A stretch of 64,000 nt of DNA from Thermoprotei archaeon. Its GTDB lineage: Archaea; Thermoproteota; Thermoprotei; QMSL01. Shown here in pieces: positions 52,980 through 63,181 of this stretch. Every line of letters begins with the position of its first letter. The stretch's first letter is position 1. The DNA lies in NCBI GenBank assembly GCA_003650925.1, contig QMSP01000006.1, forward strand, positions 18,971-82,970. The letters run 5' to 3'. The notes under the pieces are model-generated. The model had not been told where the DNA came from and searched no databases. It worked only from the letters and a program-made list of their open reading frames with translations. A program made the position numbers and the translations under genes.

Positions 52980-54137
52980 TCATCTTCTCCTTGAGAATGT
53001 GATTAGAGTAGGAATTGACAATAGGGATATTGTCGCTGCTGTGAAGTACATGATTTCGTATCCCAGCTTCTCAACTATGAATCCCATCATGTAGTTGCCT
53101 ACAAAGCTTCCAAGGTTCATGAATATAGTGTAGAGGCTCAAGGTTAGACCTTTCATGTCCTCTGGTACTGAGTCAGATAGATAAGCCGTGCTGACGACGT
53201 ATAGTCCTCCAAAGGTAAGACCATGAAGGAGCTGAACTAATATGACCAGCTCTGGTCTGCCCACAAGCACTGTTAAGGTGTATCTAGCTGGGTAAGCTGC
53301 TAGGCAGAGCGTGATGATCTTCCTCCTGCCTACTCTATCTGAAAGAGCTCCTATGTATATCATGGCGGGAACCTCAGCCACAGGAGTTATCGTAAAGGCC
53401 AGTGAGCTGATGAAGCGACTTGCTCCAAGGCGCTTAGTCATGTACAGAGGCAGGAAGGTGTAGTAGGCTGGTGTAGTGAGCGAGGCTATGAATATGGCTA
53501 ATAGCAGTGAATATACAGCACTATTGGTCAGCGCCTTCTTAAATGCTTCTATGCGAAGGCTGTTAAAGGCCTTGCCTCCTTGGGCATATAACTTCTTTCC
53601 ACGTCCTCCAATGTAGAATAGAAGAGCTGAAGTCCAGAAGAACAATGACGATGTAATGAATGCTACTAGAAAGCCCACGTTTTCTGTGATCCATCCTCCA
53701 AGGAAAGTACCCAGTATCCAGCCCAGAGCTCCTGAGGTTCTAAACTTTCCAAAGCCAGATCCTCGTGAGGTCCTGATGTAGTCCATTGCTATAGCCCCTG
53801 AAAGTGTCATGTATGAGTAGGCCAGGGCGACGTATGCTGAATGCATGGCCATGAACGAGAACAAAGCCCTTAAATATATGTATGCTGGAATTAGCAAGGC
53901 CAAGCCTATCCCTATGATGCCCTGAACCTTCTCTCTATTCATGACATCTGAGAAGTGGCCTATTAGCACTATAGGAACAATGGACGATAAAGTGGCTACA
54001 GAGACCACTAGCCCTATCTGGGAAGGTGATAAGCCCCTTGATGACATATAGATTGGGAATATGGGGAAAACAGCTCCAGTGGCTGCGTATAATAGGAATG
54101 TCGCTATCCATAGTCTTGTGATGTCTGTAAGGCTCAT
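52980..54137 (-). CDS. MFS transporter
   Basis: LSDRVGRRK, QLLHGLTFG, ~12 TMs. Confidence 0.9.
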   Translation of the reverse strand: MSLTDITRLWIATFLLYAATGAVFPIFPIYMSSRGLSPSQIGLVVSVATLSSIVPIVLIGHFSDVMNREKVQGIIGIGLALLIPAYIYLRALFSFMAMHSAYVALAYSYMTLSGAIAMDYIRTSRGSGFGKFRTSGALGWILGTFLGGWITENVGFLVAFITSSLFFWTSALLFYIGGRGKKLYAQGGKAFNSLRIEAFKKALTNSAVYSLLLAIFIASLTTPAYYTFLPLYMTKRLGASRFISSLAFTITPVAEVPAMIYIGALSDRVGRRKIITLCLAAYPARYTLTVLVGRPELVILVQLLHGLTFGGLYVVSTAYLSDSVPEDMKGLTLSLYTIFMNLGSFVGNYMMGFIVEKLGYEIMYFTAATISLLSIPTLITFSRRR

Positions 54138-54389
54138 AGTACTCGTTGATTCTACGGTACTATGCTCATATATTTAAGCCATGTGGTCTACATTATCATA
54201 GCGCCAGCTCATTAAGCCTTAGCGATAATCCTCATCGTAAGGAACATCCCCATTCTCTAGCTCATTGACTATCGTCCTAGAAACACATTCTGAGTCGAAG
54301 GTGAAGTCTTCTACTCACCAGGAACTATTTTCCCATTTCAGTTATAAATAGGAGATAAAATTATTGTAGTTGAGCTGGTTAATATCAGG

Positions 54390-55739
54390 CTACTTGAACC
54401 AACAGCTAGGCAACCACTCCTGCTCTGCTCTTAACATGTCGTCTAGTAGCCTTTCGGCAATATCTATTGACCTTACGTATCCATCCATTAGCAGTGCCTG
54501 AAGAGCTAGGCTTCTATCACCACTTAGTGCAGCATCTATAGTTATCTCGTACTGAGCTAGGCGTTGGGTAAGGATACCTGCTATAGCCTTAGGCAAGGGT
54601 CCCATGTTAAGCGGATGTACGCCTGTTGCATCAACATATGCAGGAACCTCCACTACGCCCCATGAGGGCAGGTTGGCTATTACACCTTTATTGGGCACAT
54701 TAATGCCTGGGAATAGAATGCGTTTGTCCAGAGCTATGGCCTCCATGAGCCTGACAACTCCTATCCCCTCCTCCTCAAGCCCTTTCACCTTCAAGAGCTC
54801 ATCAACACTCCTCTCACCAGAGGCAATTCCTTTCAGTAGCTTCTCAAAGGGCTCTCTCAGCTTATAGTCATATATAGTGCCCTCAGGGAAGCGTGGGATA
54901 TCATACTTCTTCATGGCCTCCTCATGCATGAACAGATGTGGGAAGAACTCTGCTACATGCCTGCCTCCAGGCGCAGGTATGAGACCGAAGATACGATAAA
55001 GCTTCAACGTTATAGCTATCTCTCCTCTATCAGGAACCCCTTCCTTGGCTAGCTTCTTCTCTATTAACTGATATCCTGGCTCTCCCTTGACTGAGAAGTC
55101 AATGATCCAGTATAGGTGATTTATGCCTCCTACATAGATTTCAACATCATCAGGCCTTACGTTAAAGTATTTTGCTAAGTACCATTTAACACCAAAGACT
55201 CCTGTACATAGCCCGTAGGCCTTTATCTTGGTCTCCCTCTGAACAACTCTAGTTAGTGGAGTTAGCGGATTAGAGTAATTAAACATATACGCTTCTGGAC
55301 ATAGATCCTCCATGTCTCTAGCTATGTCTAGCAGGACTGGAACATGCCTTAGAGCACGCATTATACCGCCAGGGCCTACGGTATCACCAACGGTCTGCTC
55401 TATGCCATATCTTCTAGGTACTTCAACATCAACGTGAGTGGCCTTCACACCACCAACGCCTATGGTTATTATGACAAAGTCTGCTCCTTCAAGGGCTTCC
55501 TTCCTCTCAACATGCTTCTCAATCTTTAGCTCTCCAGCCTCTCCTCTCCTCCTAAGGGCCTCTATAAGCTTCACTCCAACCTTGTACATGACTTCGAGTA
55601 TCTCTGGGTTTATGTCCACTAAAGATATAGTCAAGGAGGCATCTCTAGCCATATCACTTAAGGCGAGCCCCTTCAAGAGCGATGGCGTAAAAGTAAGGCT
55701 GCCGGCACCTATCAACACAACCTTAACATCATCCTTCAA
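54390..55739 (-). CDS. Glycoside hydrolase family 4 (alpha-galactosidase/glucosidase-like)
   Basis: IGAGS, QTVGDTVGPGG, NYSNP, GLC, GINH, RHVAEF; TTG start after GAGGTG. Confidence 0.92.
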   Translation of the reverse strand: MKDDVKVVLIGAGSLTFTPSLLKGLALSDMARDASLTISLVDINPEILEVMYKVGVKLIEALRRRGEAGELKIEKHVERKEALEGADFVIITIGVGGVKATHVDVEVPRRYGIEQTVGDTVGPGGIMRALRHVPVLLDIARDMEDLCPEAYMFNYSNPLTPLTRVVQRETKIKAYGLCTGVFGVKWYLAKYFNVRPDDVEIYVGGINHLYWIIDFSVKGEPGYQLIEKKLAKEGVPDRGEIAITLKLYRIFGLIPAPGGRHVAEFFPHLFMHEEAMKKYDIPRFPEGTIYDYKLREPFEKLLKGIASGERSVDELLKVKGLEEEGIGVVRLMEAIALDKRILFPGINVPNKGVIANLPSWGVVEVPAYVDATGVHPLNMGPLPKAIAGILTQRLAQYEITIDAALSGDRSLALQALLMDGYVRSIDIAERLLDDMLRAEQEWLPSCWFK

Positions 55740-56080
55740 ATAGACCACCTCACAGCTCCTAATACCTATTTTAGCCTCTATGTATAAAAGTTTCAGAGGA
55801 ACATGTCTGCAAATATCAAAATTACGACATGAAATGGAAGCTATAGCTCTTCCATGCAGAGTCTCATACTTACCATTAAGAGGACGTGCATTACACCATC
55901 TTGTCACTTTGACCTTACCTCTGAAACTGATCACATCAGACATGATGAGCTTGAATGAACTCAACCAGGACATTCAGGAAGACTAGGATCGCCCTCTTGG
56001 CACTAGCGGGCAAGTCAGGCTTCAAAGCTGTCTGAGCAACTAGCCTTATCTATGGATTCACATCATCTCCTCTAACGGAG

Positions 56081-56779
56081 ATGCTACGTATGAAGAACAT
56101 TGGCATTGTTGGTGGCCTAAGCCCTGAATCAACTATCTTGTACTACAAAACCATAGTCGAGGAGTATAGAAAGCGATTCCATAGTGAGGAGTATCCTATC
56201 ATAATAATCTATAGCGTCAACTTCGGCATGTTCACTAGGCTTATGGAAGAGGGCAAATGGAGAGAAGCAGCTTCTCTCCTTGTTGAAGCCATAAGATCGC
56301 TACACTCAGCTGGTGCGGACTTTGCTCTCATAGCCGCTAATACTCCTCACATGTTCTTTGAATACATAGCCTCAAACTCTCCCATTCCTCTACTCAGCAT
56401 AATTGATACACTTGCAGAAGTCCTCAAGAAGGATGGAGTTGGAAAGGTTGGGCTTCTTGGTACAAAATTCACCTTAACGCAGGATTTCTACGTCAGAGGC
56501 CTTGAGAAGCATGGCATTAAGGCAGTAGTGCCTGACCCCGACGACATAAACGTAGTCAATGACATAATATACAAGGAGCTGGTAAGAGGGATCATCAAGG
56601 AGAAGTCGCGAGAAATGTTGATTGAAATAGTTAGGAGGCTCATAAGGAAAGGCGCCGAAGGAGTTGCTCTAGCGTGCACAGAGTTGCCATTGTTGATAAG
56701 TGGAGTAGTTGATGGAATAAAGCTATACGATACTGCCAAGATTCATGCATTGAAAGCTCTGGAATATGCACTGGAATAA
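56081..56779 (+). CDS. Aspartate/glutamate racemase family protein
   Basis: IGIVGGLSPEST, AANTPH, GLLGT, LACTELP. Confidence 0.9.
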   Translation: MLRMKNIGIVGGLSPESTILYYKTIVEEYRKRFHSEEYPIIIIYSVNFGMFTRLMEEGKWREAASLLVEAIRSLHSAGADFALIAANTPHMFFEYIASNSPIPLLSIIDTLAEVLKKDGVGKVGLLGTKFTLTQDFYVRGLEKHGIKAVVPDPDDINVVNDIIYKELVRGIIKEKSREMLIEIVRRLIRKGAEGVALACTELPLLISGVVDGIKLYDTAKIHALKALEYALE

Positions 56780-56968
56780 CCCTTTTTATAGCTCAACATC
56801 ACGCGAATAGCCTCATCATCTCTTTAAGCCCTTTATGTGACCACACGTCCTCACCTGACGAGTCTGCCGTAGGCCTGGTCTTAGGCTCTGTATATGGTGA
56901 GATCGAGAGAAGGCTCTCTATGAGCTAATGGTGAGGCTGATGATTGAGGTGAAGAGGAGCTCATATCT

Positions 56969-58627
56969 TCATGATTTCCTCTTGGACACTATCACATATA
57001 TCGGCTCTGACGTAATGCCTATTTGATCACTTACTGGAAGAGGCGTGCCCACGGCGTTTAATATCTGGACTATCTTTGACTTCGAGATGTCCAGGTCAGC
57101 CAGTGATATGGTAATGTTTACAGGAGGATATGTCCATACAATGAAGCAGTCCTCATCCTCTCCAGAGAATACATGAGCTTGGACTACATGATCAATCATC
57201 ATAGTACACTTGTAGCGCTTACCTCTTAGGCAGTTGATTAAGTTGGCATAGGCCACGTATACAGGCTTTGGAAATCCCCAGTAGTCTCTTAGACCGAAAT
57301 GATCCTCAACGTCGGTAGCATTATGTCCTGCATCTCTATAATTATACCATATTATCTTCTCTACACCAGCACGTAGTGCGAGTACATGGATCTTTATCAT
57401 GTAGGCCACCTCCTCTCTTCGGGTTAGTCCTCTAACTGGGTGACCATCCGAGTACATCTGCGGTACGCCTGCATCATTCTGTGGTGCACCAACCTCTGTA
57501 TACCATATGGGCAGTTCTCTACCATACTTCTGCATCAGCTTCCTCACCTGCTGTATGAACTGATCATGCCATGTCTCAGGAGTCTCAAAATTCGGCCATT
57601 TATAAGGATGTAGTGAGAGGATATCGACCAAGTCAGCAGCACCACTTCTGAAGAACTCCTCTAGAGCCTCAAAGTCGAGCTCTGCGATCTGATATGCGAT
57701 TTTTATGTTTGGATTCACCATGTCCTTCGCTTCACGAGCCACTCTAAGCTTTGCTACTAGGTTCTGCCAATAATATGCCCACTCATCCTTGTTTCTTCTC
57801 CAAGCTAAATTCTCCTCAAGCCCCAGCTCCCATACAGGCACATTAGGATCCGTGCTAAATAGCTTGACTAGATAGTCACGTAGGCTCATCAGCTGCCCTT
57901 TTGAGATAGGTCTTGTGTTATCACATCTCCATGGCCCTCCAATAACTAGAGGTATCTCTATCCTACCATGGCGACGTCTATAGTCCATCTCTCTACGCCA
58001 CTGGAATGGAGATGAAAACTGCAAGTCTGTCAATGTCTTAATCCATGTAGCACCTAAGTACGGATCTTCGACATCCATGTGAACTACTCCAAAGGGTGAT
58101 GAAGGGTCTGACATCATCATCTTAACTTCAGGCAGGACAGCAAAGCCTATTTCTCTCATGGGCAGGAACTCCACATCTTCTGGCAGGAAGTATAGGCCAT
58201 AGTAGCCAACCCTAACATCATCTGGAGAGGGCACTATGTTGCGCTGATTAGGCCTTAGAGGTATTATATCCGATAATGGCTTTTCTGTGTAATCTCTCCA
58301 TTGGCAGCCCAAGTTATCTGGAGGCTCTCCAGATAGCACTTGTAAGGTGACTTCTACGCTGAACCTCTTCCCAGGCTCAAATACGTGATAGGGATTATCA
58401 TCGTGCACAATAACTCTTATTATAGCTTTACTTGAAGGAGTCGTCCCTTTTATTTCATGACTACCCTGTCTTGAGCTCCAGCTCATGAAGTACACCATGC
58501 CTCCTAGTACGATTGCTCCGAGAGCACACATCGATATAGTGTATGCTAGAAGTCTACGATAATGCATGACTACATCAGGCGTCGAATGTCTTAGTACATT
58601 ACCATAGCTCCCAATCATAGCTCTCAA
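56969..58627 (-). CDS. Membrane-anchored clan-A-like glycoside hydrolase
   Basis: N-terminal TM; SPFGV, WELGLEEN, SLHPY, IWYTEVG, HFGL...PKP. Confidence 0.75.
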   Translation of the reverse strand: MRAMIGSYGNVLRHSTPDVVMHYRRLLAYTISMCALGAIVLGGMVYFMSWSSRQGSHEIKGTTPSSKAIIRVIVHDDNPYHVFEPGKRFSVEVTLQVLSGEPPDNLGCQWRDYTEKPLSDIIPLRPNQRNIVPSPDDVRVGYYGLYFLPEDVEFLPMREIGFAVLPEVKMMMSDPSSPFGVVHMDVEDPYLGATWIKTLTDLQFSSPFQWRREMDYRRRHGRIEIPLVIGGPWRCDNTRPISKGQLMSLRDYLVKLFSTDPNVPVWELGLEENLAWRRNKDEWAYYWQNLVAKLRVAREAKDMVNPNIKIAYQIAELDFEALEEFFRSGAADLVDILSLHPYKWPNFETPETWHDQFIQQVRKLMQKYGRELPIWYTEVGAPQNDAGVPQMYSDGHPVRGLTRREEVAYMIKIHVLALRAGVEKIIWYNYRDAGHNATDVEDHFGLRDYWGFPKPVYVAYANLINCLRGKRYKCTMMIDHVVQAHVFSGEDEDCFIVWTYPPVNITISLADLDISKSKIVQILNAVGTPLPVSDQIGITSEPIYVIVSKRKS

Positions 58628-58780
58628 CCGCTTAGCCTAGAGCGTCCAGTGGACAGATAACTTCCTTGACTATATATCAGATATTCAGTATTTCTTCTCT
58701 CAACATCAGACATCTTACATCCTCAGTCATTACTATCGCAGAATACTCTTAAATGCATAACAGAGTCCTCTGTCCTTCAT

Positions 58781-59344
58781 CTAGCCTTTAGGCAGTCCTA
58801 TGCATGTTGGTGTCTTCGACTTGTATTTCAAGTACTCCTCTCCGAATATGCGCTTGAGGTAGGGCTCCTCCAGCTTGACAATGTAGTAGTGGCCAGAGAT
58901 TATAGTTAGCAGTGCTATTAGAAGTGCATAGCCTGAGAGGCCTGCTAGAGCAATGCCTAAGCCCATAAGATACCATCCTAGGAACTGAGGATTCCTGCTC
59001 CACCTGTAGATGCCAGTGGTTATAAGGCTTGATACCTCCATTCCCACGATCCTGCGCACAGAGTGAAATTCGATCATGCCTATCAACATTATGGCAATTC
59101 CCAACATCGCTAAGGCCACACCAGCAGCCTGTACAATGATTCCATCTAGAGGCAGTCGCCATGCTCCATAAATTGACGAGAACACTATTATCAAGATGTC
59201 TAAAGCGTCGACAACAAGCCACCCCACTGAAACGCCTGTTGATAGAGGTCGTCCCTGCTCATAGAGATTTCTGGTCTTGAACAATATGTATATGCACAGC
59301 AAGACCAGTACAAGAGTGGCTATGTACAACATGAACAACATCAT
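58781..59344 (-). CDS. Isoprenylcysteine carboxyl methyltransferase/PEMT family membrane protein
   Basis: LITTGIYRWSRNPQF, EEPYLKRIFGEEY. Confidence 0.88.
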   Translation of the reverse strand: MMLFMLYIATLVLVLLCIYILFKTRNLYEQGRPLSTGVSVGWLVVDALDILIIVFSSIYGAWRLPLDGIIVQAAGVALAMLGIAIMLIGMIEFHSVRRIVGMEVSSLITTGIYRWSRNPQFLGWYLMGLGIALAGLSGYALLIALLTIISGHYYIVKLEEPYLKRIFGEEYLKYKSKTPTCIGLPKG

Positions 59345-59399
59345 GTGCTTGTGCCTCCTTCCTGATATACTTCATGAACTATAAAAGCTTAATGTGCTT

Positions 59400-59861
59400 T
59401 TATCTTCTTCTCCTGAAGAACTTTCTCAAAGGTAGGAGTCTATCTGGAACTTTCTCCATGTACTTCGCATATGAATCCCCAAACTTCTCTAACATCGATC
59501 TCTCCTCCTTGACTGCAAGGAGATAATGATGAATTGTTAAGAGGAGCGCGATTATTAGTGCAGGTATGCTGCCGAAGGCTATGGCGACGCCAAAGAACAT
59601 TAGCATCAGGCCTAGATAGCCTGGATGTCTAACCCATGAGTACACACCTTGCGTAGCTATGTAGTCGATCGCTTTGGTATCCTCATGGGCCTTGGGATGA
59701 GCCTTATGGCTAAGATAGTGAACAAAAGAGCCTAGAGCGAACAGCGCCCAGCCAAGAGCGCAAAGTATATGATTAATAGTGTTGAGGCCCAGAGGGAACC
59801 CTATGAACACGCCTAGAAACAGTAAGCTCCATACAATGACGAACTCAATAGGTCTCCTCAA
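59400..59861 (-). CDS. Isoprenylcysteine carboxyl methyltransferase/PEMT family membrane protein
   Basis: GVYSWVRHPGYLG, EERSMLEKFGDSY. Confidence 0.88.
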   Translation of the reverse strand: MRRPIEFVIVWSLLFLGVFIGFPLGLNTINHILCALGWALFALGSFVHYLSHKAHPKAHEDTKAIDYIATQGVYSWVRHPGYLGLMLMFFGVAIAFGSIPALIIALLLTIHHYLLAVKEERSMLEKFGDSYAKYMEKVPDRLLPLRKFFRRRR

Positions 59862-59925
59862 GTGCTTGCACCTCCACTAGAAATAGGGCTAGTGAGAAGT
59901 ACTAAGAGTTTCTTGCAATGCCCTC

Positions 59926-60570
59926 TTATTCCCTCCTCCATATCCTTATCCTTGGTATTAATCTTCCTGTCCTCCTCATGTATGAGATGTACTCCTGTCC
60001 AAATCTCTCGATCAATGCCCTTTCCTCTCTGGGCATCCTCCTTACAATGATAGCTGCCGTCAGCAGGTAGTTGACTAGAAACAGTATGTTAGCAGTCACT
60101 AACATCCATGACATGAAGTATATCAGATGTGCAGTATATATTGGATGCCTTATCCATCTATAAGGACCGCTTGTTACGAGTTTGTGCTCCTCTCTAAACT
60201 CTATGGTTATACTCCAGTACTTGTCAAGAGTGTGATGAGCCCAAGCAAGCAGTATTAGGCCTGGGATGCCAATGATGAAGCCAAGCCAACGAATCTCATG
60301 AGGAAGCCAAAGCTGAAGCCAGGCAAAGGATGGTAAGAGGAATAGATAGATGACAAGTCCCGCCAACACCACTGCTCCCTGCCCTAGAAGCAGTAATGTC
60401 CCAAGATAACCTTCAGTCTCGAGGAGAAGTCTGAGCCTCTCTTTTAAAGGGCGCTTTTCAACATGGGAGCGTGCTCTATGAACATATAGACCGCGAATGA
60501 GAGTACCAGGAATGAACAAGATGAGAAATAACATCTTGTAGATAAACTCCTCGGATAAAGCACTGTTCAT
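59926..60570 (-). CDS. Isoprenylcysteine carboxyl methyltransferase family membrane protein
   Basis: HKLVTSGPYRWIRHPIY, EERALIERFGQEY. Confidence 0.9.
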   Translation of the reverse strand: MNSALSEEFIYKMLFLILFIPGTLIRGLYVHRARSHVEKRPLKERLRLLLETEGYLGTLLLLGQGAVVLAGLVIYLFLLPSFAWLQLWLPHEIRWLGFIIGIPGLILLAWAHHTLDKYWSITIEFREEHKLVTSGPYRWIRHPIYTAHLIYFMSWMLVTANILFLVNYLLTAAIIVRRMPREERALIERFGQEYISYMRRTGRLIPRIRIWRRE

Positions 60571-60753
60571 GTGCAGTCCTCCACCATATGTAAGTCTCTG
60601 GCCTTGGCAAAATATGCGTTCTCCACGAAGAAAAGCAGTCAGGTGATGTGAACGTGAAGGGCAAGTTCCCTTGTCAAGCACAGCTCCAGCTAGGACTGAG
60701 CTATAGTAAATCTTATATCTTGGTAACTTATATATCTAGATAGATGAGTAGAT

Positions 60754-61125
60754 ATGTTTTACCATCACGAGAGGCACTTTGATTGCCATTACAGAAGGAG
60801 AGGTCCAGGCCATAGTATCATGCCTGTCAGAGGCCTACTTCACCTGGCTATTCTAAAGATAGTCAAGGAGGGGCCTACTTATGGAAGCGAGATCCAGCGC
60901 ATTCTTAAGGAGAGGTTCTCAATAGATGTTCCAAGAGCCATAATCTACAGCCTGCTTCAAAGGCTGGAAGGTCACGGACTCTTAGTCTCGACTTGGGATA
61001 CAAGTGGAAGAGGCCCTGCTAGAAGAGTCTATAGGATAACTGAGGAAGGCGAAGATTATCTAAAAGACGCCTTGGAGAAGCTCTCCCAAGTAAGGGACAT
61101 GATAGACCGCCTGACATCTAGCTAA
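60754..61125 (+). CDS. PadR-family transcriptional regulator
   Basis: GPTYGSEI, IYSLLQRLE, GPARRVYRITEEG. Confidence 0.93.
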   Translation: MFYHHERHFDCHYRRRGPGHSIMPVRGLLHLAILKIVKEGPTYGSEIQRILKERFSIDVPRAIIYSLLQRLEGHGLLVSTWDTSGRGPARRVYRITEEGEDYLKDALEKLSQVRDMIDRLTSS

Positions 61126-61267
61126 AGACGACAAAGTACATCGATGTGGTCATAGATGACCATGGTCATAGGATAGTCTGAGAGAAATATGAAGATGGAC
61201 TTGAACTGTTATTTAAAACCGAGAGGTTAAAGCTCACAGAAGAAACTGTAAATAGGCGGGTGTATAG

Positions 61268-62440
61268 ATGAGCATGCTCAAGCCACTCACGCTACTATCG
61301 ATAGCTGGATTGGTTGCTATACTGAGCTCCACAGCTTCAAAGTCTCCTACACTGCCTCTTTTTGCAGAATATCTAGGCGCATCCCCTAGTGAAATCGGAC
61401 TTATAGCAGCTGCGTCGACGATAACTGGGGTACTGGTCAATATCACAGCGGGTACCCTCTCGGACTTATACGGCAGAAGGAGGCTGCTCATCTCATCAGG
61501 CTTCTTCTTCGCAACAGCACCTTTTCTATATCTATTCATAACGAAGCCCTGGCAGCTAATAGTCGTCAGAGTATATCATGGCATTGCAACAGCGGTCTTC
61601 ACGCCAGTGGCCATAGCGGCCATAGCTGATATTTATCATGAGCGCAGAGGTGAGATGATGGGCTTCTTCTCATCAGCAACTCTACTTGGAAGATTACTGG
61701 CCCCATCCATAGCAGGAACCATGATAACGCTTTACTCATTTCATGAAACATATGCCCTATGTGGAGTCTTCGGCATAGCTGCTTTAGCTACACTCTTGAG
61801 GTTCCCGAAGACAATGACAACTGAAATGAGGAGCACGAGGAGGGAGACAGATGTTCGATTACTAAGCGTTCTTGCTAATCCGAGAATAGTAGCTGCAAGC
61901 AGCATCATGGCCTTACCCTACTTCGCTATGCAGAGCATAGAGACCTTTCTGCCTCTCTACATGAGGACACTTGAAGTAGAGCCTGTGCTCATAGGAATTG
62001 CACTAACCATTGAACTAGCTGTGATAGCACTTCTTAAGCCATATGGAGGCCATTTATATGATCGGGTTGGTGAAGGAAAAGTCATAGGTCTGGGAATTCT
62101 ATTATCAGCCTTAGGAGTCCTAGCAATAGCCTTCTCAACTACGTACGTTCTTATATTGACATCCATCATATTGTTCGCTATAGGAGTGGCTTTCACAACA
62201 GCCTCTGTTCCACCACTAATCTCAAGAATTGCAGGAGAGAAGGCTCATGGAACAGCTTTGGGCGCCATGGAGACCATAAAGGATATCGGACAAGCTCTTG
62301 GACCAATAGTGATGGGCATCATGCTGACATATATATCATACTCCTCAACATTCATCGTAGTAGCCATGATAATATCGTCTGCAGCCCTACTCAGTGTTCT
62401 ACTTCGCAGGAAAGCTTTAGACAGAAAGACTTTATCCTAG
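61268..62440 (+). CDS. MFS transporter
   Basis: GTLSDLYGRRR, ~12 TMs. Confidence 0.9.
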   Translation: MSMLKPLTLLSIAGLVAILSSTASKSPTLPLFAEYLGASPSEIGLIAAASTITGVLVNITAGTLSDLYGRRRLLISSGFFFATAPFLYLFITKPWQLIVVRVYHGIATAVFTPVAIAAIADIYHERRGEMMGFFSSATLLGRLLAPSIAGTMITLYSFHETYALCGVFGIAALATLLRFPKTMTTEMRSTRRETDVRLLSVLANPRIVAASSIMALPYFAMQSIETFLPLYMRTLEVEPVLIGIALTIELAVIALLKPYGGHLYDRVGEGKVIGLGILLSALGVLAIAFSTTYVLILTSIILFAIGVAFTTASVPPLISRIAGEKAHGTALGAMETIKDIGQALGPIVMGIMLTYISYSSTFIVVAMIISSAALLSVLLRRKALDRKTLS

Positions 62441-62635
62441 GCCAAAGCCACTAATGGCCTGAAGTTGAGGCTCACTTGACATCGCTCCACTGAAGAAGTA
62501 TTCCTGAGATTCCCTCAGAGGATAGGCATTGTAAAACTTGTCATAATTAAAGTCAAAATCCTTAAGTTCTTGGGTACTAGCTAGGATTTGTAGAAGAGGT
62601 GCGGTTGAGCACTAAGTCTTAACCAGGAGCTAGAG

Positions 62636-63088
62636 GTGTTGAGAATGCCTAGCCTCTTCGACCTCCTTACCCTAGTGAAGCATGTTCTAGCCAGCTATGT
62701 GCTTGTCTGGACTATAGCGACTCCTGCTATTCTACTAGCCCTATCCATATGTAGGGTGTCGTTCACGACAGACTATGAGACATTAATGAGCAGTATTCCA
62801 CCATATCTAAGCACTATGATCGTCTGTTCATCAGCCATTCCAAGCTACTATATTCCTGCAAGTTGCTACTTCAAGAAAGTTAAGCGAAAGATAACCATTG
62901 GCTTCATCGTGATCATAGCCTTAGCCTTCTGGGGACTGAGCATGCTTCTAGACCTTGTACTCGTAGTCATGATATTTGGAATTAACATACTCACCTATCC
63001 CTTCAACTGGATCTACCCCAGCGTGAGCCCTCTAATGATAGCATCTGTGTATTTGGCAGGAATAAGGACTCTTTATAGGGTAGAATGA
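62636..63088 (+). CDS. Hypothetical membrane protein
   Basis: 150-aa ORF with 4 hydrophobic segments; SD-like GGAG/GAGG upstream. Confidence 0.55.
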   Translation: MLRMPSLFDLLTLVKHVLASYVLVWTIATPAILLALSICRVSFTTDYETLMSSIPPYLSTMIVCSSAIPSYYIPASCYFKKVKRKITIGFIVIIALAFWGLSMLLDLVLVVMIFGINILTYPFNWIYPSVSPLMIASVYLAGIRTLYRVE

Positions 63089-63181
63089 GAAGGCGTTGAT
63101 GTCGTAGGCCAGCTTGTCGAGGAATTCAACATGAAAGGGTTGGCTACGCACAATGCTATTTTCCTTAGGACTATGAGAACC

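Noticed and set aside
54195-54240. Degenerate C/D-like pattern on the minus strand
   Set aside because: All boxes imperfect and guides short; could be chance
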